Source: Amphiscolops sp. MND2022
Taxonomy: Eukaryota
Reading direction: 5' to 3'
DNA length: 64,000 bases
Assembly (NCBI GenBank): GCA_964187785.1
Contig: OZ076409.1
Span: forward strand, 98,024,001 to 98,088,000
Shown here: positions 25,740 through 40,050 of the stretch, one piece after another
Numbering within the stretch: the stretch's first letter is position 1
Layout of the letters: each line of letters opens with the position of its first letter
Translations under genes and position numbers: made by a program
The notes under the pieces: generated by a model
The model's input: only the letters and a program-made list of their open reading frames with translations
The model's database searches: none
What the model was told of the DNA's origin: nothing

Positions 25740-28700
25740 AAAATGCTGGATATAATCACCAATTTTTCAGAACTTATCCCCTATGTAAATACACTAAAAT
25801 AAGCCATTTTGAGAGTTAAAGACATTTGAAAAGTTAAAATGCTGGAAATATTCAACAAATTTTCAAACCGAGAGGACTTATCCCCTATGGAAGTATACTG
25901 AAGTGAACCATTTTGAGAGTAAAAGACATTTGAAAAGTTAAATTGCTGGACATAATCAACAATTTTTCAAACCGACAGAACTCATCCCCTATGGAAGTAC
26001 ACTAAAATGAGCCATTTTGAGAGTTAAAGACATTTGAAAAGTTAAAATGCTGAAAATAATCAACAATTTTTCAAACCGAGAGAACTTATCTCCCATGGAA
26101 GTACACTAAAGTGAGCCATTTTGAGTTAAGACAAATAAAAACCTAAAATGCTTGACATAATCAACAATTTTTTAACCGACAGAACTTATTCCATATAGAA
26201 GCACACTAAAGTAAGCCATTTTGAGTCAAAGACAAATAAAAAACTAAAATGCTGGACCTAATCAACAATTTTTCAAACCGACAGAACTTATCCCCTATGG
26301 AATTTACTGAAGTAAGCCATTTTGACAGTTAAAGACTTTTGAAAAGTTAAAATGCTAGAAATAATCAACAATTTTTCAAACCGAGAGAATTTATCCCCTA
26401 TGGAAGTACGCTAAAGTAAGCCATTTTGAGAGTTAAAGACAATTGAAAAGTTAAAATGCTGGAAATATTCAACAATTTTCAAACCGAGAGAACTTATCTC
26501 CCATGGAAGTACACTGAAGTAAGCCATTTTGAGTTAAGACAAATAAAAACCTAAAATGCTTGACATAATCAACAATTTTTTAACCGACAGAACTTATTCC
26601 ATATAGAAGCACACTAAAGTAAGCCATTTTGAGTCAAAGACAAATAAAAAACTAAAATGCTGGACCTAATCAACAATTTTTCAAACCGACAGAACTTATC
26701 CCCTGTGGAATTTACTGAAGTAAGCCATTTTGAGAGTTAAAGACTTTTGAAAAGTTAAAATGCTAGAAATAATCAACAATTTTTCAAACCGAGAGAATTT
26801 ATCCCCTATGGAAGTACGCTAAAGTAAGCCATTTTGAGAGTTAAAACCAATAAACTAAAATGCTGGACTTAATCAACAATTTTTGAAACCGACAGAACTT
26901 ATCCCCTATGGAAGTATACTGAAGTAAGCCATTTTGAGAGTTAAAGACATTTGAAAAGTTAAATTGCTGGACATATTCAACAATTTTTCAAACCGACAGA
27001 ACTTATCCCCCATGGAAGTACACTAAAATAGGCCATTTTGAGAGTTCAAGACATTTGATAAGTTAAAATGCTGAAAGTAATCAACATTTTTTCAAACCGA
27101 GAGAACTTATCCCCTATGGAAGTACACTAAAGTAAGCCATTTTGAGAGAAGACATTTGAAAAGTTAAATTGCTGGACATAATCAACAATTTTTCAAACCG
27201 ACAGAACTCATCCCCTATGGAAGTACACTAAAGTGAGCCATTTTGAGTTAAGACAAATAAAAACCTAAAATGCTTGACATAATCAACAATTTTTTAACCG
27301 ACAGAACTTATTCCATATAGAAGCACACTAAAGTAAGCCATTTTGAGTCAAAGACAAATAAAAAACTAAAATGCTGGACCTAATCAACAATTTTTCAAAC
27401 CGACAGAACTTATCCCCTATGGAATTTACTGAAGTAAGCCATTTTGACAGTTAAAGACTTTTGAAAAGTTAAAATGCTAGAAATAATCAACAATTTTTCA
27501 AACCGAGAGAATTTATCCCCTATGGAAGTACACTAAAGTAAACCATTTTGAGTTAAGGACAATTGAAAAGTTACAATGCTGGAAATAATCAACAATTTTT
27601 CAAACCGAGAGAACTTATTCCATATAGAAGTACACTAAAGTAAACCATTTTGAGAGTTAAAGACAAATAAAAAACTAAAATGCTGGACCTAATCAACAAT
27701 TTTTCAAACCGACAGAACTTATCCCCTATGGAATTTACTGAAGTAAGCCATTTTGAGAGTTAAAGACTTTTGAAAAGTTAAAATGCTAGAAATAATCAAC
27801 AATTTTTCAAACCGAGAGAATTTATCCCCTATGGAAGTACGCTAAAGTAAGCCATTTTGAGAGTTAAAGACAATTGAAAAGTTAAAATGCTGGAAATATT
27901 CAACAATTTTCAGAAACGACAGAACTTATCACCTATGGAATTACACTAAAGTGAGTCATTTTGAGAGTTAAAAACAAAAAACCAAAATGCTGGACATAAT
28001 CAACAATTTTTCAAACCGAGAGAACTTATCCCCTATGGAAGTACACTAAAGTAAGCGATTTTGAGAGTTAAAGACATTTGAAAAGTTAAAATGCTGGAAA
28101 TAATCAATTTTTCAAACCGAGAGAACTTCTCCCCTATGGAAGTACACTAAAGTAAGCCATTTTGAGAGTTAAAACCAATAAACTAAAATGCTGGACTTAA
28201 TCAACAATTTTTGAAACCGACAGAACTTATCCCCTATGGAAGTATACTGAAGTCAGCCATTTTGAGAGTTAAAGACATTTGAAAAGTTAAATTGCTGGAC
28301 ATATTCAACAATTTTTCAAACCGACAGAACTTATCCCCCATGGAAGTACACTAAAATAGGCCATTTTGAGAGTTCAAGACATTTGATAAGTTAAAATGCT
28401 GGAAGTAATCAACAATTTTTCAAACCGAGAGAACTTATCCCCTATGGAAGTACACTAAAGTAAGCCATTTTGAGAGAAGACATTTGAAAAGTTAAATTGC
28501 TGGACATAATCAACAAGTTTTCAAACCGACAGAACTTATCCCCTATGTAAATACACTAAAATAAGCCATTTTGAGAGTTAAAGACATTTGAAAAGTTAAA
28601 ATGCTGGAAATAATCAACAAATTTTCAAACCGAGAGGACTTATCCCCTATGGAAGTATACTGAAGTGAACCATTTTGAGAGTAAAAGACATTTGAAAAGT

Positions 28701-31348
28701 TAAATTGCTGGACATAATCAACAATTTTTCAAACCGACAGAACTCATCCCCTATGGAAGTACACTAAAATGAGCCATTTTGAGAGTTAAAGACATTTGAA
28801 AAGTTAAAATGCTGAAAATAATCAACAATTTTTCAAACCGAGAGAACTTATCCCCTATGGAATTTACTGAAGTAAGCCATTTTGAGAGTTAAAGACTTTT
28901 GAAAAGTTCAAATGCTAGAAATAATCAACAATTTTTCAAACCGAGAGAACTTATCCCCTATGGAAGTACACTAAAGTAAGCCATTTTGAGAGAAGACATT
29001 TGAAAATTAAATTGCTGGACATAATCAACAAGTTTTCAAACCGACAGAACTTATCCCCTATGTAAATACACTAAAATAAGCCATTTTGAGAGTTAAAGAC
29101 ATTTGAAAAGTTAAAATGCTGGAAATAATCAACAAATTTTCAAACCGAGAGGACTTATCCCCTATGGAAGTATACTGAAGTGAACCATTTTGAGAGTAAA
29201 AGACATTTGAAAAGTTAAATTGCTGGACATAATCAACAATTTTTCAAACCGACAGAACTCATCCCCTATGGAAGTACACTAAAATGAGCCATTTTGAGAG
29301 TTAAAGACATTTGAAAAGTTAAAATGCTGAAAATAATCAACAATTTTTCAAACCGAGAGAACTTATCCCCTATGGAATTTACTGAAGTAAGCCATTTTGA
29401 GAGTTAAAGACTTTTGAAAAGTTCAAATGCTAGAAATAATCAACAATTTTTCAAACCGAGAGAACTTATCCCCTATGGAAGTACACTAAAGTAAGCCATT
29501 TTGAGAGTTAAAGACAATTGAAAAGTTAAAATGCTGGAAATATTCAACAATTTTTAGAAACGACAGAACTTATCACCTATGGAATTACACTAAAGTGAGT
29601 CATTTTGAGAGTTAAAGAAAAATAAAAAACCAAAATGCTGGACATAATCACCAATTTTTCAAACCGACAGAACTTATCCCCTATGGAAGTACACTAAAGT
29701 AAGCCATTTTAAGAGTTAAAGACAATTGAAAAGTTAAAATGATGGAAATATTCAACAATTTTTAGAAACGACAGAACTTATCACCTATGGAAGTACACTA
29801 AAGTGAGTCATTTTGAGTTAAAGAAAAATAAAAAACCAAAATGCTGGACATAATCAACAAATTTTCAAACCGACAGAACTTATCCCCTATGGAAGTATAC
29901 TGAAGTAAGCCATTTTGAGAGTTAAAGACATTTGAAAAGCTAGAATGCAGGAAATAAATAACAATTTTTCAAACAGAGAGAACTTATCCCCTATGGAAGT
30001 ACACTTAAGTAAGCCATTTTGAGAGTTAAAGACAAATAAAAACCTAGAATGCTTGACATATTCAACAATTTTTCAAACCGAGAGAACTTATCCCCTATGG
30101 AAGTACACTAAAGTAAGCCATTTTGAGAGTTAAAGACAATTGAAAAGTTAAAAAGCTGGAAATATTCAACAATTTTTAGAAACGACAGAACTTATCACCC
30201 ATGGAATTACACTAAAGTGAGTCATTTTGAGAGTTAAAGAAAAATAAAAAACCAAAATGCTGGACATAATCACCAATTTTTCAAACCGACAGAACTTATC
30301 CCCTATGGAAGTACACTAAAGTAAGCCATTTTAAGAGTTAAAGACAATTGAAAAGTTAAAATGATGGAAATATTCAACAATTTTTAGAAACGATAGAACT
30401 TATCACCTATGGAAGTACACTAAAGTGAGTCATTTTGAGTTAAAGAAAAATAAAAACCAAAATGCTGGACATAATCAACAAATTTTCAAACCGACAGAAC
30501 TTATCCCCTATGGAAGTATACTGAAGTAAGCCATTTTGAGAGTTAAAGACATTTGAAAAGCTAGAATGCAGGAAATAAATAACAATTTTTCAAACCGAGA
30601 GAACTTATCCCTTATGGAAGTACACTAAAGTAAGCCATTGTGAGAGTTAAAGACAAATAAAAACCTAAAATGCTTGACATATTCAACAACTTTTCAAACC
30701 GAGAGAACTTATCCCCTATGGAAGTACACTAAAGAAAGCCATTTTGAGAGTTAAAGACAATTGAAAAGTTAAAATGCTGGAAATATTCAACAATTTTTAG
30801 AAACGACAGAACTTATCACCTTTGGAATTACACTAAAGTGAGTCATTTTGAGAGTTAAAGAAAATTAAAAAACCAAAATGCTGGACATAATCAACAATTT
30901 TTCAAACCAACAGAACTTATCCCCTATGGAAGTACACTAAAGTAAACCATTTTGAGAGTTAAGGACAATTGAAAAGTTACAATGCTGGAAATAATCAACA
31001 ATTTTTCAAACCGAGAGAACTTATTCCATATAGAAGTACACTAAAGTAAACCATTTTGAGAGTTAAAGACAAATAAAAAACTAAAATGTTGGACATAATC
31101 AACAATTTTTCAAACCGACAGAACTTATTCCCTATGGAAGTACACTTAAAGTAAGCCATTTTGAGACTTTAAGGCAATTAAAAAACAAAAATTGGACATA
31201 ATCAACAATTTTTCAAACCGAAAGAACTTATCCCCTATGGAAGTATACTGAAGTAAGCCATTTTGAGAGTTAAAGACATTTGAAAAGCTAAAATGCAGGA
31301 AATAATCAACATCTTTTCAAACCGAGAGAACTTATCCCCTGTGGAAGT
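25740..31348. repeat. ~104-bp satellite array (~54 units) in the last intron of SLC30A9
   Basis: Consensus AAAATGCTGGAAATAATCAACAATTTTTCAAACCGAGAGAACTTATCCCCTATGGAAGTACACTAAAGTAAGCCATTTTGAGAGTTAAAGACATTTGAAAAGTT, with 101-104 bp variants; no ORF in the track across it. Confidence 0.95.
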
Positions 31349-32233
31349 TAACAATGGTAAAAAGCCGGTTATTCAAAACAATTTTCCAATCAGACGTAGA
31401 ATGTTCGCTACACTCCTTTTTTATTTTCAATAATAAAGTCATTTCTGTAATATCAATAAACTCCTGTTCAATCATTATTTAGCGATTCTTCTCGGACTAA
31501 AGAAAATATAACTACTAAGCGTAGACGAAGTTCCGCATTCGCATTTGAATGCAGGCGAAGCTCTCAACGAACGAAAAATTAACACTCATTCGCTTCATCT
31601 CAATAACTCGGGGCAACGAAAGCACAATTACGAATATTAGCTCGCTTCATCTCAATGACGTCAGCATACGAATGGATAATTACCACTCGCTCGTTCCATC
31701 GCACTAGAATTGAATTGTCTTCGGCAGCTCTCTCGCTTACACTCACTGCCGGACAAAATATCTGAATTATTCAGATCGTCCGAAAAATTTGTACTGAAAA
31801 AAAAGTAGAAAGTTTGAGGTTACAATAATATTCCTGCTAAAGCAGAAATATTAAAAACAGTTGATTATTTTCTAGATCAAATCAATTCCATGGATTCAGT
31901 AGGATTGTGGGATTTAATTGAGCAAAAAAACTTGCCAAAAGCTGATGGATGGTCAAAAAATGGAAAAACCGCAAAAAGTCCCAATTTTGCTCAAAATCAG
32001 CTATTTGTAACTTTCTGAATTTTTGCTTTAAAACAAAGAAATGTTAATGTAAACTAGATAAACTTTTAAGAAACTTTTATCTCTGATGTTTTTCAAAATT
32101 CTCAACCGATTTCGAGAAAATCGAGCCTAAAATCAACCTAAAATCGGGGGACGTTTTCTTAATTACAGTACTGTAAGTGGAGGAAAATTGACGAAAGTAA
32201 TACGAATTGGTAGGAAAGTGATCACGTGCGTGC

Positions 32234-32412
32234 CTTGGAGCTGATGTAGGCCGAAGTGACCTCTCGGCCGTCGAAGTCGGCTTCTGCCTTGAAGCGGATC
32301 ATGCCGTTGCCGCCCATGTCCGTGGTCTTGACGTCATACAGTCCCCGCACCATCCGGTCCCTCTCCAGGGTCGCACTCATCAGCTTCATGTCCTCCACCG
32401 GAACCGACTGAC
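32234..32412 (-). CDS. SLC30A9: SLC30A9 exon (cytosolic C-terminal domain)
   Basis: Acceptor tgttgcag|GT (phase 1). Reads (G)QSVPVEDMKLM...LYDVKTTDMGGNGMIRFKAEADFDGREVTSAYISSK. Phase-0 end requires the donor AAG|gcacgc. Confidence 0.9.
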
Positions 32413-34191
32413 CTGCAACACAAAAACTCAAAATATTTCATAAAATTCGGCATAAAATTGCCCCTTGAACCCTGGGCCACCATTATAGTTGCAGACTAAC
32501 ACAGTTTCGCTTCGCACGGTCCCAATTCTGTAATATAAAGAAGAGAAAATGGATTAACCCCAAATACAACACAGTAGGAGTGAACCTACATTTGAGAAAA
32601 TTTTCCAAAACAGAAGTTTCTCGGACTTTGTTTAACCCTGAATGGACCAGGACATTTCCGGATCCATCCAAAAATCCGGTGTTTAAACTGCAATATCTCC
32701 TAAACTATTCAACTCCGACAAACGATTCATGGCGCGTTCGAAAGAAGACAATCAGGGCTTCCAAATCAGATTTTGAACTGCTGAGCTGGGGGAAGGTTTT
32801 CGCGTGAAGACCTCCGCTGACGTGTGGCTTCGCCACACTGGCTCCGGACTTTGCGCCAAAACTTTGCACGCCTCGGGTCTCTGATTGCATTTCAGCATGT
32901 TCCAAAACATGGTAGGGTCATTTTGGGCCAATCTTGATACCAGTGGGATAAAAGGGCCAGGAAAGAAAACTGGAAAAACGGAAAATCTGCGCTCAGTAAC
33001 AAAAAACAATATTTTTTTAAAAGAATATTTTCAACAATGTATATTATATATTAAAAAATTTCAACTTCAAAAATTAACTGGGAGACCACAAATGTACCCG
33101 CATCACCAATCGGAATTTTTATATCGGGATGGGGCCAGAGGTGTGACAGCGATAGCCACAATTCAGCAGGAATTAGCGATAGCGATAGTTAGCGACAAAC
33201 TAAGGCGTTAGCGAACATTTTTATTGGCTAAAAGAATTCAAAATTAACTAATGCAAAAACTTAATGCGAATAAGTTGACATATCATATTGGCTGTGGCTT
33301 TGCTTTTATTTTCTTTCGAACTGTTATTGTGTGGCCAGCAATGTGCATAACCCAAGGGAACTAGATTTTGCCCATTTTTTTTCAAAATTTGTTACTTTTA
33401 AAATACAATTCTGAAATTTTTAAATGAACATCTTGAAAATCAGTTTTTTAATTAGCGATAGCGTTAGCGAATAGCGAACCCATTTTGTTGTAGCGATAGC
33501 GATGAAATCAAGCCATTGGCGATGTTAGCGATGAAATTGTTAGCGATCACACCTTTGGATCATATCTTTCGTTTTGTTAATCATTGTCTTTTAGATTTTA
33601 CTTTTGAAGTTGTTTTTATAACTTGTGAATAATTTCAGATTTGTCAGCTGACGATGTTTCAAAACAGAAATTCATTCATCCTTATCACAAAGTCTTTCCT
33701 TCTACTCAGCTACACGTGTCGTGAGCTGAGAATCAACATTTACGTCTGATAATTCAAAGTCTATATCAGAGTTTTGACATCGCTAATTTTTCCGCTAATC
33801 GCTAAACCGCTACTTTCAAAATCGCTATTTCGCTGAAAAACTTTTTCTCTTCAAACTATGAGATGTTGGAATTCAAGTATGTTTCAAAATTCAATGATAA
33901 CTTCATTCAATTTTTGAAAGAAAAAAGGCTAGATTTTTTCATATTGTGTGATTTTCGCTGTGTGATTTTCGCAAATGTAAGAATTTGAAATTCATTTTGA
34001 AACTCCGTATATTTTCCGAGTAAATTATGAATTTGGACGATCTACTAGTTGCGGATAATTTGAATCGCTAATATGTATGCGATTTTTTAGGTCAAGAGTT
34101 TTAATTTCCCCAGAGAGCACGAAGAAATTGCAATCACCTTTTCTAACTTAATAAAGCAACTGTCAAGAGCAAGCATGCAAAAATCTGAGTC

Positions 34192-35484
34192 CAGGGTTGG
34201 CATTTTGTGTGTTATTTATAATAAATAACTAACTCACAGTTATTTAAAGAAAAAACATGTTATTTTTGTTATTTTTGTTATTTATGCAAAAAAGCAAACG
34301 AAATACAAAACAAAAAAACAAAAAAATCAAGTACAACGGCCGAGTTATTTGTTGAACTGCCTTGTGAGAAAGGCTAACCTTCCAGCTTTATCAACCCCGA
34401 GTTGCGAACGGAGCTTGCCGTAAGTGAGTCCGAGGGTCGAAAAATTCCGCTCAAGATTGGCCGTAGCAGGAGTGGCGGTGACCAGACTCGATGAGAAAAG
34501 AGTCAGTTTTTCGCCAAAGCCTAGCATCGTTCCGGCTGTCCACCATGCACCAGGACTTGTATTTTTGTAATCTCCCTCAAATAAGTATTCATTATAAGGC
34601 GGAAACTTCGCAATATAATTTGTAACTTCTGGGATCAGTGATGAGTCAAAGTCTTTTATATAATCCATTGCAAGTTCAACCTCACATGCATCCAGCTTGC
34701 TGCCTCGATAACGATGGTCCAGCATATTTGCGGCATAAAAAACAGGCAAAAGCTCTGACCTACCAGATAATTTTGAGGAGTAAGCAATTGGAAACACTGT
34801 TCGCATCTCATGTCTCAGAATTGGTAGTGACGTTGACGCCTATAACCGGCTCATTGGTTACAGTAGACCAACCATCTATTGCGAGCGTTCCCATCATACC
34901 GGAGCATAAAGCTTTTACTTTTTTCTGTTCTTCGTTGTACAGCTCATCCAGAATTGGTCCGGCCAAACGCTTCCGATTTGGTATCTCAACGCCAGGTTTC
35001 AGTTTCTGCACAAGTTTTTGAAATTCCTGATTTTCGACTTGTCGGAAAGCTGTGTTTGAAGACACAAAATAGCGACCAATTTGCAATTCTATTTCATGTT
35101 GCTTTTCTTGACTCGTCATAACATTGAATAGTGTTGTTTGTTTTGGGACCTTTTTTGGCACAGTCTCAGCCGATGAACTAGTGGCAATGCAATCATCATG
35201 GTGCTTTTTCATTCGTTTGGCGTCGGGTACCATGTCTTTCGAGCAATTTTTGCATACTGCGCGCTGAGCACCATCTTTAGTTATAGAATCAAAATTCTGC
35301 CAAATGGGTCCTTTGGGTTTCATTTCGTATCTGAAAAGCAAAAATTTATCAAGTGTTTGAACTTGCAAAGCAAATTTGAAAGTGGAAAATAACAAAAAAA
35401 AAACAAAAATTGTTGTTTATAGGTAAATTACATTGTTATTTATAAGGGGGTTAAATAACACTGTTATTTATCATGCCAACCCTG
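34192..35484 (-). mobile_element. Internally deleted hAT DNA transposon
   Basis: Perfect 12-bp TIR CAGGGTTGGCAT/ATGCCAACCCTG; perfect 8-bp TSD TCTGAGTC (34184-34191, 35485-35492). BED finger (IWQNF..CKNC..RMKKHHDDC), catalytic IDGW strand, and C-terminal dimerisation region (WW...ANLERNFS). Confidence 0.93.
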
Positions 35485-35918
35485 TCTGAGTCTATTCTGG
35501 AGGTGGCGCATCTAAGAAAAGGGTGAAAAAATTGTACCCATCAATATATTGCAGATGCTACCTGCGGTGAAGGCTTGTTTGTGCGGGAGCAAAAATCGGC
35601 TGCGTCAATGCTTTTCCTAGTTGCATCACTACACAAACAGTAATTCATAAACGATATTTACTTTTGCTCACTAAAAGTGTCGATAAAAATGAAGTAATCA
35701 CAATGCCATGAAACAACTGAAATTCTCTGACGTCATTAAATGACGTCATTCGCGTACTTCAATGTAGACTCCTCCAAATGACACAAAAAAAGGAGAATTT
35801 CTCTAGGATAAAAATAATCGAATGTAAAAGTGCAAAATTACATCAACAGTCCATCCGTGAAAGGTTTTGCTGAGTGGCAAAAATCAGAATAAGCTTGAAA
35901 ATGCGAGCTCCATGTCAA

Positions 35919-36297
35919 AACAAGCCGGGACCGGCCCAAGTCGGCGCCATATCTAAGGGTCAAAAATAGCGAAAGGATTTCACATGTCAAAGTATTCTCT
36001 TCTACAGCACCCGAAATTTTTTTAAAGTCTCATAATGCCGAAAAAACATCCATTTTGTCGCAAAACTCAAAAAATTGAAGGGTGACTCTTTGGTCTCGTC
36101 CGGTATTGTATGTTACGCGGGAAACATTTTTGGTTCAGTTCCCTGGGCCAACAGGGGAAATTTAAAATTTTGTAGAACTTTTGGTAGAACTATTTTGTCA
36201 CTCCAGGTCTATCCAAAAAATTTAAAAATTAAAAAAAAACACTGACGAAAAGGCATGACTATAGTCGACTCTTTTCAAGAAAAGCGCCGACTAAAAA
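35919..36297 (-). mobile_element. Helentron/DINE-1-like family A copy
   Basis: AACAAGCCGGGACCGGCCCAAGTCGGCGCC head and AGCGCCGACTAAAAA tail. Confidence 0.65.
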
Positions 36298-37097
36298 TGC
36301 ATGCTCAACAGAAGTTCTGTTTTTAATTTAGATTTCTTTTTTCTCAATCTGAGGTCAAAAACCTAGAGCGTCAAATGTCAATGGTAGCCGTGAACATGAT
36401 TGGACGCCAAATGCGACATTTCTAAACCAACAATAAGTGCAGTTTACATCGGATTCTTCATCAAAACATGTGCTTCGAAATGCATCGCAAAATAAACAAG
36501 AACAAGATCACAAAAGATCTCGCAGTGACATGTTTTCAAAATCCCAGAAAAACCCCGGTCCTCCATTCTCCTACAGGACATATTTCTCAGGGCAAGAAGT
36601 CTAGGAAAAGTGGAAGAAAAAGCTAATACGATGGACATTGTAGGCACTAGAAACCGCACAATGCAATATGACCAGCCGACCCACGTTTGAACCCACGACC
36701 TGATATCCAATCTTATTTTGTAGAACTTTTGATTTTTGGTGTTCGATTATTAAACCGACGAAAAGCCACTATGACAGTCGTCTTTTATTTTCAAGAGTGC
36801 CCACAACAATAGTAATATGTCGAAACGTGAGACGAAAATGTGGTCAATGGTCGGCTTGAAGCGGTAGTTTCAAAGTGACTTGCTCAAGGTCCCAAAGGTC
36901 TGACTGCTCACCGATGCTCTTTCTGTTTTGCTTTTCTAAATTCAAGACAAACAGCTGACCAATTTGCAGAACTTCTGATGGAATTTTGGTCTCTGTATTG
37001 AAGAAAGTCTTTGACATGTCTTTGCTATATCAAATCCTACTGATTTCTGACTTACCTGTGTAAAGAAAATGGGATTCAAGTGAAACAAACAACTCAC

Positions 37098-37299
37098 CAA
37101 GCAGCACCCTGGCGTTGGTGTTGATGATGTAGGCGGAAACGAATGCGAGCAGGGTGCCGACCCCAATGGAGCCGAAGGCGTCCCACAGGGGGGAGCCGGT
37201 AATGGAGGTCATGGCCATGGTGCCCCCGGCGATGAAGATTCCCAGCACAGCGGCTGCGTCTTCGCAGAAAATCACGTTCACAGCCGGGTCATTGCTGCG
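37098..37299 (-). CDS. SLC30A9: SLC30A9 exon (TM5-TM6)
   Basis: Acceptor gtattgcag|CGC. Reads RSNDPAVNVIFCEDAAAVLGIFIAGG...GSPLWDAFGSIGVGTLL...NTNARVLL. Donor G|gtgagt (phase 1). Confidence 0.95.
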
Positions 37300-37359
37300 C
37301 TGCAATACATCACAACCAAGATTACCTACTTTCCAAAACTATCATAGGCCCTAACTTAA

Positions 37360-37753
37360 CCCTAAATGGACCAGGAAATTGCCGGATCCATCCAAAAATG
37401 GCTCTGGCTCCGGACTTTGCGCCAAAACTTTGCACGCCTCGTGTTTCTGACTGCATTTCAGCATGTTTCGAAACATGCTAGGGCCTCTTTGACCCTATCT
37501 TAATACCAGTGGGATAAAGTGGCCATAAAAAACAGGAAAAACGGGAAACCTGCGCTGATTTTTTTTGATGTTTTGGTCCCGTTTTCTTGATTTTGGCGAC
37601 AACTTATCAATATTCCGTGAAAAGGCATGCAATGTTATGTAATATGGTCTGAAAATCTTATTCAAGAGATTTCTTTACCATACAGTCAGCTGGTTGGTTC
37701 AGAAGTTTGCAAAAACTAAGTGGGACGTATTCGTCCCAATGGTCCATTTAGGG
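37360..37753. mobile_element. piggyBac-type MITE
   Basis: 14-bp TIR CCCTAAATGGACCA/TGGTCCATTTAGGG flanked by TTAA on both sides; related partial copy from ~32636. Confidence 0.85.
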
Positions 37754-39256
37754 TTAAATACCAATTCAATACAAATTGACACACTTCAATGATCCAAAAC
37801 GATTGTACTTTCTTATTGTTTTGCAACTTAACTATTTTATGTTACCAGATAAACCCTTGAGAATAATTCTTGTCGTTTTGGTTTTTGAATCAATGTCATG
37901 TTAAAAAAGTTACTTTTGTTCTTCTCCCAAATAAACCATATTTGTAAAAAATTCTTCTAATTGGACACATAACTGCAAGCCTCCGAAAAATAGACTTGGA
38001 TTTTTCCGTCGAATTTGGAGGGCGCCCACTGTTTTTCTTGGCGCTTATTTGGCCTACTTCTTGGTATGCTTTCAGTGTCCGCTGTACTCTTCATATATTC
38101 AATTGCTGTTCACTCGCAATATCTTTTGGGGGACAATTTTCTAGGAATTTTTAATAATGAGTTTCCGCATTTCTATGGATGTATATTTGAAACCCATTTC
38201 ATAGGAGACAAAATGCAGAATACTACAGTAAAACGTTTTGTTAAGGTTGGCTATAACGTGAATTTTGAGTTTCATGAAACAATTGCAAAACTAATTAAGC
38301 TTTAACTGGGCCTTTAACTAAGCTTTACCACAAATTGAAATGAACATGCAATGTTGAAAAGAGACGACAAGAATTATTCACAAGGCTGTATTAGGATTCC
38401 TATTTCATGATATTATCGTATATCATCTCGAAATATACAGGACACAAAATAGCATTGAACAGTGAAAACACGGACGAGCTACGTTGTTAAAAACCAGTCA
38501 TAACCGACAAAAGTTCAAGGCTGAGGAACCTACGAAAACTCGTCAAAATCACCACGCGGGAAACCACATCGACGTAACTACTACAGCGATAAATTCGAGC
38601 AAATTGAACTGAAATATTCCGTTAAGCATAGCGCTATTATGCGATGAACTGTATCATGAATGGGATTTTTACAGTTAACTATCATAGCAAGACATTTCAA
38701 GCATCTATGCAGTAAAATACGGCTGGATTATCATAAACTGATGCATAATTAGCGCTTAATGTTACAATATAAAACGCTTTTGATGGATTGCTAGTGCCAA
38801 AATAGTAATCTCTTGATAATTCGATGACGAGTTTCCGCTCAATTGATAATCTGCAAGTTAAATTTCTGTCTAGTTTCAAATTTAACGAGTTGTATTCGAC
38901 GATGTCTTTTCAACGAGTTTTCTGAAGAAATGAACTGTTATGAATTTACTGCTATTATGTTTTAAACCGAACATTTCCGTTCAAGTGATGGCAAATTTGA
39001 GCCCTTCAAGCAAGCTTTCAGTAGAATTGCACTGTATTTTACACTACTGCAAGTAAATTTGAAAATGATTCCCACTTCATTACCTTCAAGGTTTAAAATT
39101 TCCACAAAAACTTTGATTAATCTTTCAAGCAGCTTGATAAAAGTCGAATACAACAGGGAAATATTTTCGCACAAAATATTCCGTAAGTGTTTTAGAAAAT
39201 CATAATAAAAGTCAAGTTTCTGGCAACATTGACCTTGATAGTACACCGAGAAGTCG

Positions 39257-39735
39257 AACAAGACGGGAACGGCCCAAGTCGGCGCCATATCTAAGGCTCA
39301 AAAATATTCAAGGAACAACAATTGAAAACATTTGGAAATTTTTTTTCAAAAAAAGTATTTGGTAAAAAAAGTCGCATATTGCCGAAAACCCAAAAAGAGA
39401 CCCTTTAGGCTCAATAAACGTTTTTTACAAACCGAAAACTTCAAAAAATTCAAAGGGGTACGCTTTGATAAAATTCAAAACTTTTGGGAAAAATGTCGCA
39501 TAGTGCCGAAAAAAAAACCGCAAAGGGGGACCTTTTGGGCTCCACTATACTTTTGAAGCATAAAAAAATGTTATTTAGAGCGAGAATCGAACCCACGCCT
39601 TCTCAGACACCAGAAAATTAGTCGGCCAAGAAGTTGAACAAATGAACAAAAAAAGTGGACCGATCGCGTTGAACTGACGAAAAAAAACTAGCCACTGTAA
39701 GAGTCGAGATTTTCTTCGAAAAAGGCGACTAAAAA
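39257..39735 (-). mobile_element. Helentron/DINE-1-like family A copy with tRNA-like internal segment
   Basis: Family A head and tail; internal GCGAGAATCGAACCCAC (reverse B-box-like) near 39580. Confidence 0.65.
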
Positions 39736-40050
39736 ATGGCAAACATTTGGTATTTTTTTCAAAGCTTCATTTCTCCACGAATAATAGCCGCAGCTCAAAT
39801 TGGTTTGCTTTTCCTGGAAGCTCTTTGAAATGCCGGTCGTACTCATAGCTGAAGCTTCTTTGAAAAAACTTCTATATCCGTTTTCAATGGTGGCAAAATT
39901 TCGTTTTCCTATAGTCTTTTTCTCGTTTAGCAATTCTTTTAGCAATTTTTGCGAAAAAAGCGCTGTCCTCATTTGAGGACGAAATGACTGTCGAGGTTAA
40001 ATAAAGTGCATGCAAAAAGTACGAGCAGTGTCAAGAAGGGGGGTTGGTTG

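Noticed and set aside
25740..31348. CRISPR-like regular array
   Set aside because: Whole units are homologous, with no unique spacers and no cas genes, in a eukaryotic intron; it is a satellite.
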